DNA of 64,000 nt from the human T2T-CHM13v2.0 reference genome, Homo sapiens, in assembly GCF_009914755.1 (NCBI RefSeq), contig NC_060944.1; one strand, given 5' to 3'. Position 1 is the first letter of the stretch; each line of letters starts with the position of its first letter. Positions 21,051-43,365 of this stretch are shown piece after piece. Below the pieces are notes generated by a model. The model was not told the origin of the DNA, made no database searches, and saw only the letters and a list, made by a program, of their open reading frames with translations. A program made the position numbers and the translations under genes.

Positions 21051-22005
21051 ATGCATTTGGTGAATGAATATTCTCATTCATGGAGTCAAACTTGGTAACT
21101 ATATTGTTGTATTTTGAATATTAGTGATTTAGTGGATTTAAGCAGAAAATATTTTAATGAAATTTAATGGCTAAGTAACAAAAGATCGCCTTTATTTGCA
21201 CAAGAAACATTCTTACAGATGGTGAAAGTGTTACAGAAGCCAGTTTAGTTGGGTTAATATTATCGGTTAGGAGTTAATTCACAGTAAAGTGTTTGTTTTA
21301 GAACATCAAATTAATATGCCATGAAGGAATTTAAGGGGGTGGCATTTTTTATGAGTTGCCATAGTGGCAGATACAGAGTTGTGGCACATACCTCATGAGA
21401 ATGTACTTCCAGAGGTAGAACTAAAAAAGAATAATTTCTCATAAGAGGAGGTGAGAAATGTTGGGGGTGGATTTTTCTTTCTAAAACCATGCTCATAAGT
21501 GATGAAAAGGACAGCTTTTAAAAATCACCAAAGAACTAAATGTATGACTAAATAGTGGAAAGGATCTTAACGTACATGTTTGCACAAAAATAAGAAACTC
21601 ATTTTAATTCCATGAAACAAATACTAACTATGGTTTAGAGTGAATCTTGACAGCATTCATAGATATGGCTCTCCTTAAATAGACTCTTAGAATTAGATGT
21701 ATTTGCTCTGAGCTCAGAGTTAAATCCTCATTTCCCCTTATGTCACACCCTACTGCCAAGTGTCTGATTAGCAGCATCCTGAAAGGAAAAGCCGGCTGCC
21801 TCCCCTGAAGTGGGTCCCCAGTTCTGTAGTCCAGCTTGCTCCAGAGGTTATTGTCACTCTGCCACCAAAAACAACCAATACAGTCAAAGCTCAGCAGCTC
21901 CAGCTCTAGCTGGATGAATTATCTTCTAACCACTCTTACCCCACATTGTACAACTGCATCCATCCTTCCTCAGTTGTACAGACAACTTAAATATTTCCTC
22001 TACAC

Positions 22006-22223
22006 CATTGGTTCTCAACCAGTGGCCGTTGCCCCGTGCTGCCACCACCAGGGGACATTTGGTGGAGTTTGGAGACATTTTTGGTTGTTAAAGCCATAGG
22101 ATGCTACTGACATATAGTCGGGAGAGGCCAGGGATGCTTCTAAATATCCTGCAATGCACAGAATAGTTCCCCCACCCAACAAAGAATTATCTAGCCCGAT
22201 AGCGCTGAGGGTATGAAACCCTG
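22006..22223 (+). mobile_element. MER20 (hAT-Charlie), full length
   Basis: cattggttctcaacc...gaaaccctg termini; 8-bp TSD ctctacac/ctgtacac. Confidence 0.9.
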
Positions 22224-22325
22224 CTGTACACAGTGATGTCACATACTGAGGTCTCATTGTTATTTCAGTTTTCTGGCATATCTAGTTTATCACATACTAC
22301 ACCTTTGTCAAAAATTGGATTGTTC

Positions 22326-24390
<2,065 letters not shown>

Positions 24391-24404
24391 CCTAGTCTAG
24401 GAAC

Positions 24405-24700
24405 TTCTTTTTCTTTTTCTTTTTTTTTTCTTTTTTTTTCTTTTTTTTTTTGAGGACCCGACCTTTTATTTTGCCAAGCAAAAATCTTAAAAACAACCTA
24501 TACCAATATCTCCACAAATCTATTAGCATTTCATAAAAGAAAGGATATTTTAACATTCAAAATGAAAGAAGGACCTAATCCCAAAATAAAGATCAGTTTT
24601 CTGTGGTCCCTAGTGTTTTTTTCTCATGTATCCATGGACTAGTAAGGGTTTCATCATGGCCTAGCATGAGTCCATAGGCCACTGCTTGGAAAACTTCTAT
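24405..24700 (-). pseudogene. Candidate retroposed 3' end of a polyadenylated RNA (not Alu, not L1)
   Basis: 47-nt T-rich tract 24405-24451; on the - strand AATAAA (24465-24470) lies 13 nt before it; far boundary uncertain. Confidence 0.55.
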
Positions 24701-25214
24701 GTATCCAGTATACAATGCACTGATTACTGTGCTCAGTGCTTAACAGGCAACTGGAAGATGGTAAGAACTATTATTAATAACAGACACTTAGAGGTTTTGA
24801 TATATGTAACTTTAGAGTCCTTCTTTCCATTTCTAAAAATTCCGACAATTTTTGAACAAGTGAACGAGTGGCCTCTTGTAAGACAACAGAGCCAGAAGTC
24901 CTCAGGAGCTCAGTACAATTGTGTCTTTGCTTTATAAAATAAATCATCATGAATGAGAAGTAGCTTTGCCATGTGTATTACTTTCACCAGGTATTATGCC
25001 TCACTAAATGCAGAGTTCTTTTCTGTTTCTCCGTATTATGTTAGATTGTTTACCTGAACCCTGATGGCTAGCTTCTTTACAGGGTTGTGAATGTTGTCCC
25101 TTCAGTCATTAGCGAAATGCTTATTGTGTATCTACTATGCTGCAGACCCTGTTCCTAGGGTTGGGGATACACAGTGAACAAAATAGACAAAGGCTCTGCC
25201 TTTCTTTAAGGGGC

Positions 25215-25850
25215 TTTTTATTTTTATTTTTATTTTTTTATTGAGACGGGGTCTCACTCTGTCACCCAGGCTAGAGTGCAGTGATATAATCTTGGCTTAC
25301 CACAGCCTCAACCTCCCAGGCTTAGGTGACACTCCTACCTCAGCCTCCTGAGTACCTGGGACCACAGGTGTGTGCCACCATGCCTGGCTATTTTTTTCTA
25401 TTTTTAGTAGAGATGGGGTTTCACCATGTTGCCCCGGCTGCTCTAGAACTTCTGGGCTCAAGTGATCCACTCGCCTCGGCCTCCCAAAGTGCTGGGATTA
25501 CAGGCGTGAGTCACCATGCCTGGTCTTTAAAGGGCTTTTTAAATTCTAGTTCTTTGGCTGGGTGCTGTGGCTCACGTCTGTAATCCCAGCATTTTGGGAG
25601 GCCGAGGCAGGCGGATCACCTGAGCTAAGGAGTTCAAAACCAGCCTGACCAACGTGGTGAAACCCTGTCTCTACTAAAAATACAAAAAAAATAGCGAGGC
25701 GTGGTGGCACGTGCCTGTAGTCCCAGCTACTTGGGAGGCTGAGGCAGGAGAATTGTTTGAACCCAGGAGGTGGAGGTGCAGTGAGCCGAGATTGTGCCAC
25801 TGCACTCCAGCTTGGGTGACAGAGCAAGACTATGTCTCTAAATAAATAAA
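25215..25850. mobile_element. Head-to-head Alu pair: AluJ (-) 25215-25525 and AluS (+) 25556-25850
   Basis: TSDs ttaa(g/a)gggcttttt and aattctagttctt; about 30-bp spacer. Confidence 0.95.
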
Positions 25851-26236
25851 TAATTCTAGTTCTTAGGATCATGGTTGGAAGGGGCAGAAGGGGTATATAG
25901 ACACTAAAAGAAATCTGTAACAGCTGCTGCTGTGAAGAAAGGAAAGCAGTGTTAGAGATGAAGGGTGTGATTAAAATATGATGGCCTGGATAGGTTTCTC
26001 TGATAAGGCAATGTGTGTGTAGAGTCTGGAAGAATTTTGGTATTAAAGGAGTAAATTAATACATTTTTGTTTTGCTTGTAAACTTAATTCTCTGATGAAG
26101 TGCCTCTTCTATTACCTTTCTGTGGAAGAGGAGAAAATGCAAATATTGGAAAAGAGCAAGAGAAATAGTAACATACTTATGGCACTATTTCCTCCATTTA
26201 TAGAGCAAAAATGAAACAAACAAAAAACTGAATTAA

Positions 26237-27320
<1,084 letters not shown>

Positions 27321-27569
27321 TAATGACACACAACACCAGAGGATTGGAAGGAAACATCCAGAATTTGCTCCAGTGTTCTTTTTCATCACTTATGTTCCTT
27401 GGGGGTTTCTGTGGTTCCAGAAGCCATTCATGCCTGCGAGACAGCGGCCCTGGGGGAGAATTGAGCTTTTTTCTCTCCTGAGCAGATACGCTTGTTGGAT
27501 TGCATTAAATGAGCCCCTTGAACCACTGTGCTCAGCCTTGTCTGCACATCGGCATCAACTGCAAGTTTT

Positions 27570-28018
27570 AATGATCTTGATGCCCGGGACTCATCTCCAG
27601 AAGCTCTGATTTAATTGGTATATAGGGCAGCCTGGGAATCAGGATTTTGTAAAAGCTCAAGTGCTTCTAATATGCAGCCACGCTGAAAAACCACTGCCTT
27701 AGAGCAGTGCTTCTCAAAATGTAATGTGACTATTAACCACCCAGGGATCCTATTAAAATACAGATTCTAATTCAGTAAAGTGTGAGGTGGAGGCCAATGA
27801 TGTGTAAATAAGACCATAGAGCAGGAGTCAGCAGCCTCTGGCCTGTGGACCAATTCTGACCCTATGCCTGTTTTTGTACAGCCTGCAAGCTAATAATGAC
27901 TTTCACATTTTAAAATGATTATTTTTAAAAAGAAGAAGATGTAACTGGGCATTGAAGGTCCACAAAGCCTAAAATATTTACTATCTGGCCCTATACAGGA
28001 AAAGTTTGCTAACCCATG
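27570..28018. mobile_element. Cluster of hAT MITEs: MER5A-like (two pieces) and MER58-like
   Basis: ttctaatatgcagcc...aaccactg; cagtgcttctcaaa; cacaaagcctaaaatatttactatctggcc...aaagtttgc. Confidence 0.75.
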
Positions 28019-28080
28019 ATCTATCTTCATAAGGTTCCCCATAACCACTGAAAGTCTCTTCTCAGTATTATCCCACTTTA

Positions 28081-29445
<1,365 letters not shown>

Positions 29446-29459
29446 AACCTTGAGGATAT

Positions 29460-29744
29460 TTATAATATTAGCTGCTTTCACGTCCTTGTTTGTTAATTCC
29501 ATCATCTTTATCATTTCAAGATCTGTTTCTGTTGACTGATTTTTCTCCTGATTATAGGTAATATTTTCCTGCTTCTTCCCATGTCTAGTAATTATGAGAT
29601 GCTGGACTTAGTGATATTACATTGTAGAGTGTCTGTATTTTGCTGCCTTTTTATAAAAAGTATCAAAGTTTGTTATGGCAGGCAGTTAAATTACTTGCTT
29701 ATCAACTTGATCCTTTCAAGACTTGTTTTTAAGCTCACGGGATA

Positions 29745-29824
<80 letters not shown>

Positions 29825-30399
29825 TGGGATTACAGGCGTGAGCCACTGCATCCAGCCTAAACTCACTAGGGAGATTTTTTGAATAGCCTGTACTCTGTAG
29901 CTAGTTTAGCTTGCTACCAAGGTTTAGCCTTTCTGGGTCTGTACTGAATATCCCAGGTATTCAACAGTCATCTCACTCTGGCTGTCAGAACATGCATGTC
30001 TCCCAGCCCTGTGTGAGTTCTGGAAGTTGTTCAGCTCACAGCTCCCCTGGCTGTGCCTGGCTGTGCCTGACTTAGTGTTCACTGTGAAATACTCAAAAGA
30101 ATCCCTATGCTGATTTCTGGAGCTCTTTATCTGTTTAGCTCCCTCATCTCCAGGACTCAGCTTCAGAAATTCCAGGCACCTGAAACTGATCTCTGTCTCT
30201 TTGCTGAGGAAACTGCTGTGAGGCAGTGAGATTGCTGTGCTCTGTTTGGATTCCCCTTCCCTGCGCTGTGGTCTAGGAAGTGCCTCCAGCAGAACACTGG
30301 GGGCAATTGTAGGCACATCTTGCGTCCCTTCTCTCAGTGATCAAAGTCCTATACTAACTGTGACCAGGATCTGAAAGCAGTTGTTTTTTGTCCAGTTTT

Positions 30400-30400
<1 letters not shown>
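29460..30400 (-). mobile_element. Old L1M 5' region fragment
   Basis: tctgtttctgttgactgattttt...ttttcctgcttctt...tgtctagtaatt pattern. Confidence 0.6.
29749..29818. repeat. Compound microsatellite (CT)16(GT)19
   Basis: Read directly. Confidence 0.95.
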
Positions 30401-30744
<344 letters not shown>

Positions 30745-30949
30745 TAGCCATTTATAGCAGAAGGGCAAATTTGGTATAGTTAACTCTGCCATTGCCAGAG
30801 GCTGTTCACTTAGATTTGTCTTGTAACATTTTTCTGTAGTAAGTAAAGGCAGGGATCCTGTACCCATTTTATAGGTGAAATAATGCAGAGTTGCCAAGAA
30901 ATAAGAGGGTTGGAATCACATACTGGGTTGGTTGGTAGGTAGGTCATAT

Positions 30950-31708
<759 letters not shown>

Positions 31709-31892
31709 CTCTTACCCTTATCTGTTATTTCTCATTCCAAACTTTGCTTATTAACTGTAGTGTTTGCCTTTGTAATTGCTTCACTTTCATCACATATAAG
31801 AAGTACTCAATGAATGCTTACTGATTTCATGCACTGTAGGAACAACACCGACTATTGTCATGTTGGCTGTTGTCATATTAAAACATCATGTA

Positions 31893-32598
<706 letters not shown>

Positions 32599-33579
32599 AG
32601 TCTTATTAAATGCTTCAAATATATGTCACATTCAGCTTCATGTCCCTGATGGTTCCCTGCACCATGCTACGCCAATAAACACTCAACGGATACTCAACGG
32701 ATACAAAAGAGTATTTGGTAGATCTTCAGAGACGGAAAGCAAATTCAGTGCCTTTATTCAGCAAAAATTCAATGAGCAGCTGCTATGTGCTGGACACTGT
32801 GCTAGCCCCTGGGGATGAAGTGTGAATTAAAGGCAGTGTCTGCCCTCTTGAAGTTCACCACCCAGTGATAGAACACCCAAGAAACCAGCCTCCAAGATGT
32901 TCAGATTAAAAGAAATTCTTCCACAGTGACATTTTCACCAGGCAAACTCAGAGTTGTTTGACATGAGAAGGTTTAAAAAAGGATAGTTGTGAAAGACCAG
33001 GCAAAGTTCACAAAGTGAAGAAGGGAAAATATTATTTCAGACTGATATTAAATGATGGCCTAGCCTGCTGCCATACTGTCTCACAGGGAAAAGTTTTATT
33101 TATGTCTCCTTTGATCTTTTCTCCTTTTTGTCTCTAGGTTTGATGTACAAGCTTTAGCTTGGGCCTTTGATTTACAGTGTTCTGGAGAAAGAGACCAGGG
33201 ATGACAAAGCCAACCAGGCTGTTACCTAAAAACCTGATATATTGTCCTAGATCTAGGCTGTCTTAGAGCTACACAAAGAATTTCCAGCAGACTGCTCAGG
33301 AAGAGCCTGCTGGGAAGGCAGTTCCCCTAAAGTCCCATAAAATAAAGAGCTTCCCAGTCCTTCTTTGATATCCACGGTTTGCTTAAGTATTGGATGTTAA
33401 GGCAGCAACTTCTAGTCCTGTGGAAAATCTTTTAATATCTGTGCTTAATCAACTGAGAAAATAAAAATTTATAGATCCATCAATGACAAATATATTAAAC
33501 ATGGGGCTTTAAAAATTGCCTGGAAGTCTGTGACCAACATTTTTTTAGCCTGTAAAATATAGTTTGTTTAAACTTATTA

Positions 33580-33890
<311 letters not shown>

Positions 33891-33929
33891 ACTTGATTAT
33901 AGTATACTGGATATTGAGGGATAGGGAAT

Positions 33930-34402
33930 TTAGTTATCAGCTGGGAGTAATAACAAATTTCTGGAAAACTCAAACATCGATCATATCAGAGTTTCTGAGG
34001 ATCAGAAATCCAGGAGGGGCTTAATAGGGTAGTTCTGGCTCAGGGTCTGTCATGAGGTGGCCGCCAAGTGAAACCTTCCCTGGAGCTGGAAGAGCTGCTT
34101 CAGAGAAGACTGCCACCGGACGCTTGGCTGGAGTTTTCAGTTTTTCTCCACATGGGCCTCTCCCAGGGCTGCTGAGTGTCCTTGAACTGTGGCAGTCAGC
34201 TTCCCCACAGTGAGTCGTGAGAGAGGGAGACAGCCAAACAGAAGCCCTGGAGTCTTTCATGATCTCATCTCAGACATGATGGGCCATCTCCTCTGCTGCA
34301 CTCGACAGTCATACAGACCAACCCTGGGACCACATGCAAGGGGACCACCTGAGGGTGTGAGTGCTAGGAGGTGAGGAGCCATCCTGGATGCTGGCTACCT
34401 CA
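33930..34402 (-). mobile_element. MLT1F-like MaLR LTR
   Basis: gggtgtgagtgctaggaggtg...gccatcctggatgctggctacctca resembles the antisense MLT1F 5' end. Confidence 0.7.
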
Positions 34403-34528
34403 TAGGTGACTGGCCAGGCAAAGTTTATTAACTAAAAGTTCTTTGTGTTGACTCAGGTGAACTAACATTTACTGCTTCAGTTGTTCATTTAATTTAATTT
34501 TCTTGAGAGATTTAAAGTAAGTGCTCAA

Positions 34529-34848
<320 letters not shown>

Positions 34849-35019
34849 AGTGAGTGCTCAGAGCTGTGTTGCTTTGTTGTGTGCATGTGTGTGAGTGTGT
34901 GTGCTTGTGTCCCTAAGTCCCAGCAGTGAGACAAATTGTGTGGTTCCTTATCGTACCTGAGAAGCAGGGAGCAGCCACCAAGAAGACTGTTACAGTGGGT
35001 GAGTTGTTTATGCCCTGCT

Positions 35020-36920
<1,901 letters not shown>

Positions 36921-37945
36921 ATTAATTATTATTTCTCTTCTATGATCATTGAAGAGCTATGTTTTTGTTGTTGTTTGGTTTTTTTTTTTTTTTGGGACAA
37001 ACCTGGCTCCCAACCTCAACTTCAGGAGATGAAGGTTGCATTTTTAAGGGAAAAAAATGTACCCAAGGAACAATTTGATGACAAAATCTCCAATTTTCTG
37101 TAACATGGATTGAAGTTTGTGTCTTCCCAGTTTTATTCGAAGATCCTAAAATTCATACTGCTTTTTCCAAATCCTAACATTTAGATTGTTTTTCAAATCT
37201 AAAGTTGTGGATGAATTCTTGTGACTTCTGTACGTACTTTGACTGCTACGGTCACTCGAAGCTTCCTTTTCAAAACCACAGGATGGCTTAGCTAAACCAT
37301 GTCCTTTCCAAACTACTTTACTGAGTCCCTCCTGTTATACCCCAAAGAGAAGATGTACTCCTTTATTAGCAGTTGGAACCTGAAAGAATAAATAATTCAA
37401 AATAGATTCAGCCTTTGTTGGTTTCTATGACTATGAAGGTATGGAACATCATTCATTAACAAGTGTCGTCGGCTGACTGCCTTCTCTTGCACATAAAAAA
37501 TGAGCATGCATATAATCGCAGCAACCTGCCTTTGCTGCAGAGTGAACAGCTTCAGAAATGGACCATTCTGTCTCATCCTGTCTTTACATATGTGGGACCC
37601 AGCATGAGGCTATTCAGAAACAACAGAATCAGGTCGAGGCCAGTCAATACAGTCGGTAGCTGTTATTGAATGCCCACTGGGTGGCTGCAGGCTCCTGGCT
37701 GACCACGTTTCTAAGAGCTGGTTAATGGAGTCCTCGTTACAGTCTTGGTTAAGCTAGCACATTTAACAGCCCGCAGTGCAAATGAAAAATACATAGGTCT
37801 GACTAGGGAGCATTTTCCCTTTCTGTCTTTTTCCGTAAAGAGAGGAAAGTGATTGCTCTGGAAGTTTCTGACATTAATAGCCATGTTGGCATGTGGCTGT
37901 AAGACAACCTGAGTTAAGATGGTGATATGCCACTTAAAATAACAA

Positions 37946-38105
37946 GGCCGGCACAGTGGCTCATGCCTGTAATCCCAGTGCTTTGGGAGGCCAAGGTGGG
38001 AGGCTGGGCTTAAGCCCAGGAGATCAAGGCTGTAGTGAGCTATGATTGTGCCATTGCACTCCTGCCTGGGTGACAGAGCAGAACCCTGTCTCTAAAAGAA
38101 AAAAG
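37946..38105 (+). mobile_element. Alu monomer (FRAM/FAM-like)
   Basis: Single ~155-nt monomer with A tail. Confidence 0.8.
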
Positions 38106-38781
38106 TAATAGGGTGTGCTGTGCTATTGTTACATTTATAAACCACTCCTTATTTTCCAGAGCATGGTTGTTTTTATGATCTTATCTGCTGCAAGAGACCT
38201 TAAATGATATTGATCAATATTTTCCTGACAGTGTAAGTTTTCATTCTCAGAACTGAGTATTATGCAACTGACGACATGGGGAGTGGGGCTTGAATTTTCT
38301 GGACCACTCAGGGTTGGGATGTGAGTGCCACTGGAGAGCCCCTTGGCCCACAGGAAGGAAGGGCTGCACATGGGTATAGGGCCACACGGAGGTACTGTAT
38401 GAGTGGTGGGAGGCCAGCTGGCATCAAGCACTGTTCTCTACCATCAGTGGGTGTGAATACGACTGCAGGTTATTTTTCTGTGCTGTTCAGGTTTTGCTTT
38501 TATTTCTCTTTTGTTGGTCTGATCAAGCTGTTTATTGTTTGCAGATGGTAACAAAATATAATTAAGTTGTTTGTTGTTGAAGCTCCTGTAGGAAAAAATT
38601 ATCTAGTTTTATCAACTCTGTAACCACAGCCCTCCTTTTCCCATATTGAAATAGCTATTTATATGATTTTTTTATAATGTGAAGTTCTTAGGAACATAGT
38701 TATTATAGCAGAGCTAATTGTAATATGTTTGAATGCAAGGATCCAAATCATTGAGGATTACTGCCATTCTGATACCTGTAC

Positions 38782-38831
38782 AAAATTATGCACTGTCAAA
38801 AAAAAAAAAAAGAAAAAGATTATGCATTGTC
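38782..38831 (+). mobile_element. Poly(A)-only insertion with 16-bp TSD
   Basis: aaaattatgcactgtc + A tract + aagattatgcattgtc. Confidence 0.7.
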
Positions 38832-38984
38832 ATTGAGGCAGTTTGTATAGGATAGCAAGATCTTCTCCAAGTGGCTTTCCTTTGACAGTCCTCACAGATG
38901 GCTTTCCTGTGAGTTGCCATCACAGTCCCTTGCCTCCCCCAACATCTCCAGCTCTGAAGTCCTCCTCCTTGACCTCAATCGGAG

Positions 38985-39215
38985 TAGTCAGTTCAGTGCA
39001 GTAGTTGAGAATATGACTCTGGTACCGGACTCTCCTGGGTTTGAATCTGAACTTCACCACTTACTAGTTTGGGATGTTGACCAAGTCACTTGGCCTCTCT
39101 GTGCCTCAGTTTCCTCATCTGTTAAATACGATGCCTCATACAGAATCTGCATGGGTTAAATGAATTCTGTGAAAGCCTGGGGAAGAGGGCCTGGCACGCA
39201 TAGGTTTCACGTAAG
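38985..39215 (+). mobile_element. MIR
   Basis: ctgggtttgaatc...cctctctgtgcctcagtttcctcatctgt. Confidence 0.9.
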
Positions 39216-40499
39216 TGCTGTGGTCTGTGGCTAGTCTGTCATCGCCCCTCCCTCATATCCCCCCCTTCACCACATCACCACCTACCATCCCCCAGTCCCC
39301 TCTTTCTCCCAGACCCTCCCTCTCTGCATTTGCCCCTAATGCCGTCAGTAGCCCCCACTCCCACCCCATTTCCTTGCTGCTTGACTGTATCAGCTCAAGT
39401 CCTGGTGGAGAAGAGATGAAACAGTCCAACCAGGTAAAGTGAGGAGAGCTTAATGAAGAGCTTATGTACAAAGGCATGAGTGGGCGTGGGCACCCACAGG
39501 GAAAGCACAGAGCCTGGGGCCCGCCACCATGAGAGCGTGTGCTCGCAGCAGCTGTGTGGAGGGGCTGTCTTGATGCGAGCTGTGGGCCTGCTGGAGGGAT
39601 GCCGCCAGCCCAGGAAGGGATCCAAGGATGTAAATAGTCCAACCTTGCCTCCTCCCTCCTTCCACCTCCTGCCAGGCCTCCTCTTGGCTCCCAACCCGAA
39701 GCTGGAGGGCAAGGGCAGCCATCAGCCATAGTCCACGTAGTCCGCCTCCCAAGGGCAGAGCAGGGTGGAGACGGGGAGAGCAGATATAGACCAGAGGTCA
39801 AGTGGAAGAGCTCTGCACAGTGCCCTATGGCATCCCCAGTCTGCAGCCCCCACCCAGCCTGGAGTCATGGGCCCCCGCAGTCTGGCCCACCTGCCTTCAC
39901 CCACAGGCCCCCCATCTCTGTCCCCATACCCTCCTCCCCTGCCATTCTGCCAGTCTGCAGCCTGCTCACCAAATACACAATGACCTTTGCACTTCTTTTC
40001 AACTTTTCACACCTCTTCCCTTTCCCAGGAGTGCCTTTCCCTCCTAGGCCTGGAGAAATGCTATATAGTCTTAGGATCCAGCCTGAATCCCCTTGCTCTC
40101 TGCAGATTTCCCTTGCCTCCAGTTAGCTTACCTTACGGCTGATTCGACACGTACTTCATTACAGTGCGTACTTCACTAGGGTGCACTTCATGCCGTGGTC
40201 TTGCCAGTTATTTGTGGACCACTTCCTCTATAGACCAGATCATTCACTCTTTGTGGGTAGAAACTACACCATGGTCATCTCTGCATTCCTTTGTGGTACC
40301 TCCAAGTAGTTGAAATAAAAACAAGTGCTCAAAAAATTAGTTGCATTGAAATGACTGATGCAAAGATACGATGAATATCATTTACTTGGTTAAAGGTGGT
40401 GTTAGTTATAAAGAGTAGAGTCAGCATATTCAACACTGATTAACTATATTGCATGTTGTATGTAACCAAGTCACTCCCTGACTTGCCTCCCCCCAACAT

Positions 40500-40722
40500 A
40501 CATCTAGATTTAGTCACTGTCGTCTCCTCTGGGGACACCCTTTGTGTCACTTATTAGAATTTATCTGTATAATTATTTATCCTGGGTTCTACCTCCTCTT
40601 CTAGATCTTTAACTCCGTAAGGGCAGGGGCCATATCTGTGCTAGTCATCACAGAGTCTCTAGACCTTAGAACAGTGTGTAGTAGGTGATAGGTCTTTCAT
40701 AGCTGTTTGTTGAATGAATAAA
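40500..40722 (+). mobile_element. L2 3' fragment
   Basis: agggcaggggccat...gtttgttgaatgaataa. Confidence 0.7.
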
Positions 40723-41229
40723 TATGTTGGTCGTAATACATTATAACATATCGTAACCTTAAAGGCCTGCAGAATGGGGACTCTAGGTGCCATGGAAGGG
40801 CCTATGAAGTTCCTTTCCATGCCCCTCAAACCATTTCCTGCTGCTGGAAGGAGTCATTTCTTGACTCCATTCCCACATCATTAGAGCAGCCACCCTTTCC
40901 ACTTGCATGGAAGTAGGTCTTGTACCAAGAAGAACAAATTTCCTTTTCCTTCTGTCACCATAAGGAATATAGTAATATTGGGGGAATTATTCTTTTTCTG
41001 CAATTCTTTTGCTTCGCATTTCACTGTCCTTATTGTGCTGATTTGCAGTTTCTTAAATTGATGGTGCCAAGTAAAATATATTTGATTGTAGTTTGTACCA
41101 TTTCAAATCGATTTAGTAATTTTGAAGATGTGTAATAGGCATTATCAGGTCTTAAAATTGAAAATTGGCATGATTTTATGTCATTTTATATCATTTCACT
41201 AATGTGATAGTCTAGCCAGATTCTATTAT

Positions 41230-41527
41230 TATTGTCATTATTATTATTTTGAGATAGGATCTCTCTTTGTTACCCAGGCTGGAGTACAGTGGTGCAATGT
41301 TGGCTCACTGCAGCCTCAACATCCCCAGGCTCAGGTGATTCTCCCACCTCAGCCTCCTGAGTAGCCGAGACTACAGGCATGCACCACCATGCCTGGCTCA
41401 TTTTTTGAATTATTTTTGTAGAGACAGAGTCTCACTATGTTGCCCAGGCTGGTCTCAACTCATCTATCTGCCCGCCTTGGCCTCCCAAAGTGCTGGGATT
41501 ACAGGTGTGAGCCATCATGCCCAGCCA
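41230..41527 (-). mobile_element. AluJ
   Basis: TSD agatt(c/t)tattatta. Confidence 0.9.
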
Positions 41528-42444
41528 GATTTTATTATTAATTAATGAGTTCAGGGAGTTCTTTTTAAAGGTCACAAATGATGTTTAATAACATGAAAAA
41601 AGATTATCTTTTGGAAACAGAAAGTAGCAACATAGCCTACAAGCCTTAATTTATTTAAGCCCTACTATTACTCACTAATCTTTTTATTTGAGGTTTAACA
41701 TTCTGACCAATATGTTCTGGAAAGGAAATTAAACTCAACATTTGAGATAACAGAGCTCTTATGAAGCTTATATACTGGAGATATTGGAAAAAGATACTAA
41801 TCTCCCTCTCCCCTCAAAAAGCAAGAAAGCAATTAGTCTGGAGGGACTGTCTAAATAGGATTGTCTAAAGGAAAACCTGCAAAAAAATTGGGCAGATGGT
41901 CTTTATAAACTTAGAGAAGATTAACTCTGCAGCCATGTTGTAACAGGTTTTTACGGATGCATTTGTTGCAAATTAATTGCCTCTTTTCGGCCTTAATAAC
42001 CTAAATTTAAGTTTGGGGGTTTGCATAGAAGCAATTCAAAGCTCAATACTGTCATGTTTTTCATTAATTTACCAGTGAGTGGTTGGGTTTGTATGAATAA
42101 TTTGATTTATTTTGAAGTTAAATGTAATTATAAGTTGTGTTTTGCTAGGCAGCTTGTCCTTTATAATAGAATTTGCCTTGAACTACAATATAATTTATTC
42201 TGCCCTTCTTGGTTAACAGCCTCTTCTTTAGGAAAAAAAAAACACAGGCAATATCTGTGAAGATAATATTTTTAAGGTAGATGCAATAGAATGGTTTGGG
42301 AGTCTTTCAGTCTTGGGTGATAGAAGATCAGATTTGGTACAGATCTGGTATAGAACCCCATCATTAGGGCTAAAAGCAGGCAAAAGCAGAACTGGGCCCT
42401 CAGTTCTCAGATAAGCTGTTATACCTATTTGCAGTTTCTTCAAA

Positions 42445-43365
<921 letters not shown>

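Noticed and set aside
33100-33400. Strong + strand acceptor (ctcctttttgtctctag|33138) as an exon; similar acceptors near 48580 and 55676
   Set aside because: No convincing donor at exon distance and no recognisable reading frame.
39215-40130. GC-rich stretch with overlapping ORFs up to 182 aa and a possible 40-nt exon ending CAG|gtaaag
   Set aside because: Long ORFs are expected at this GC content, CpGs are depleted, and the translations resemble no known protein.
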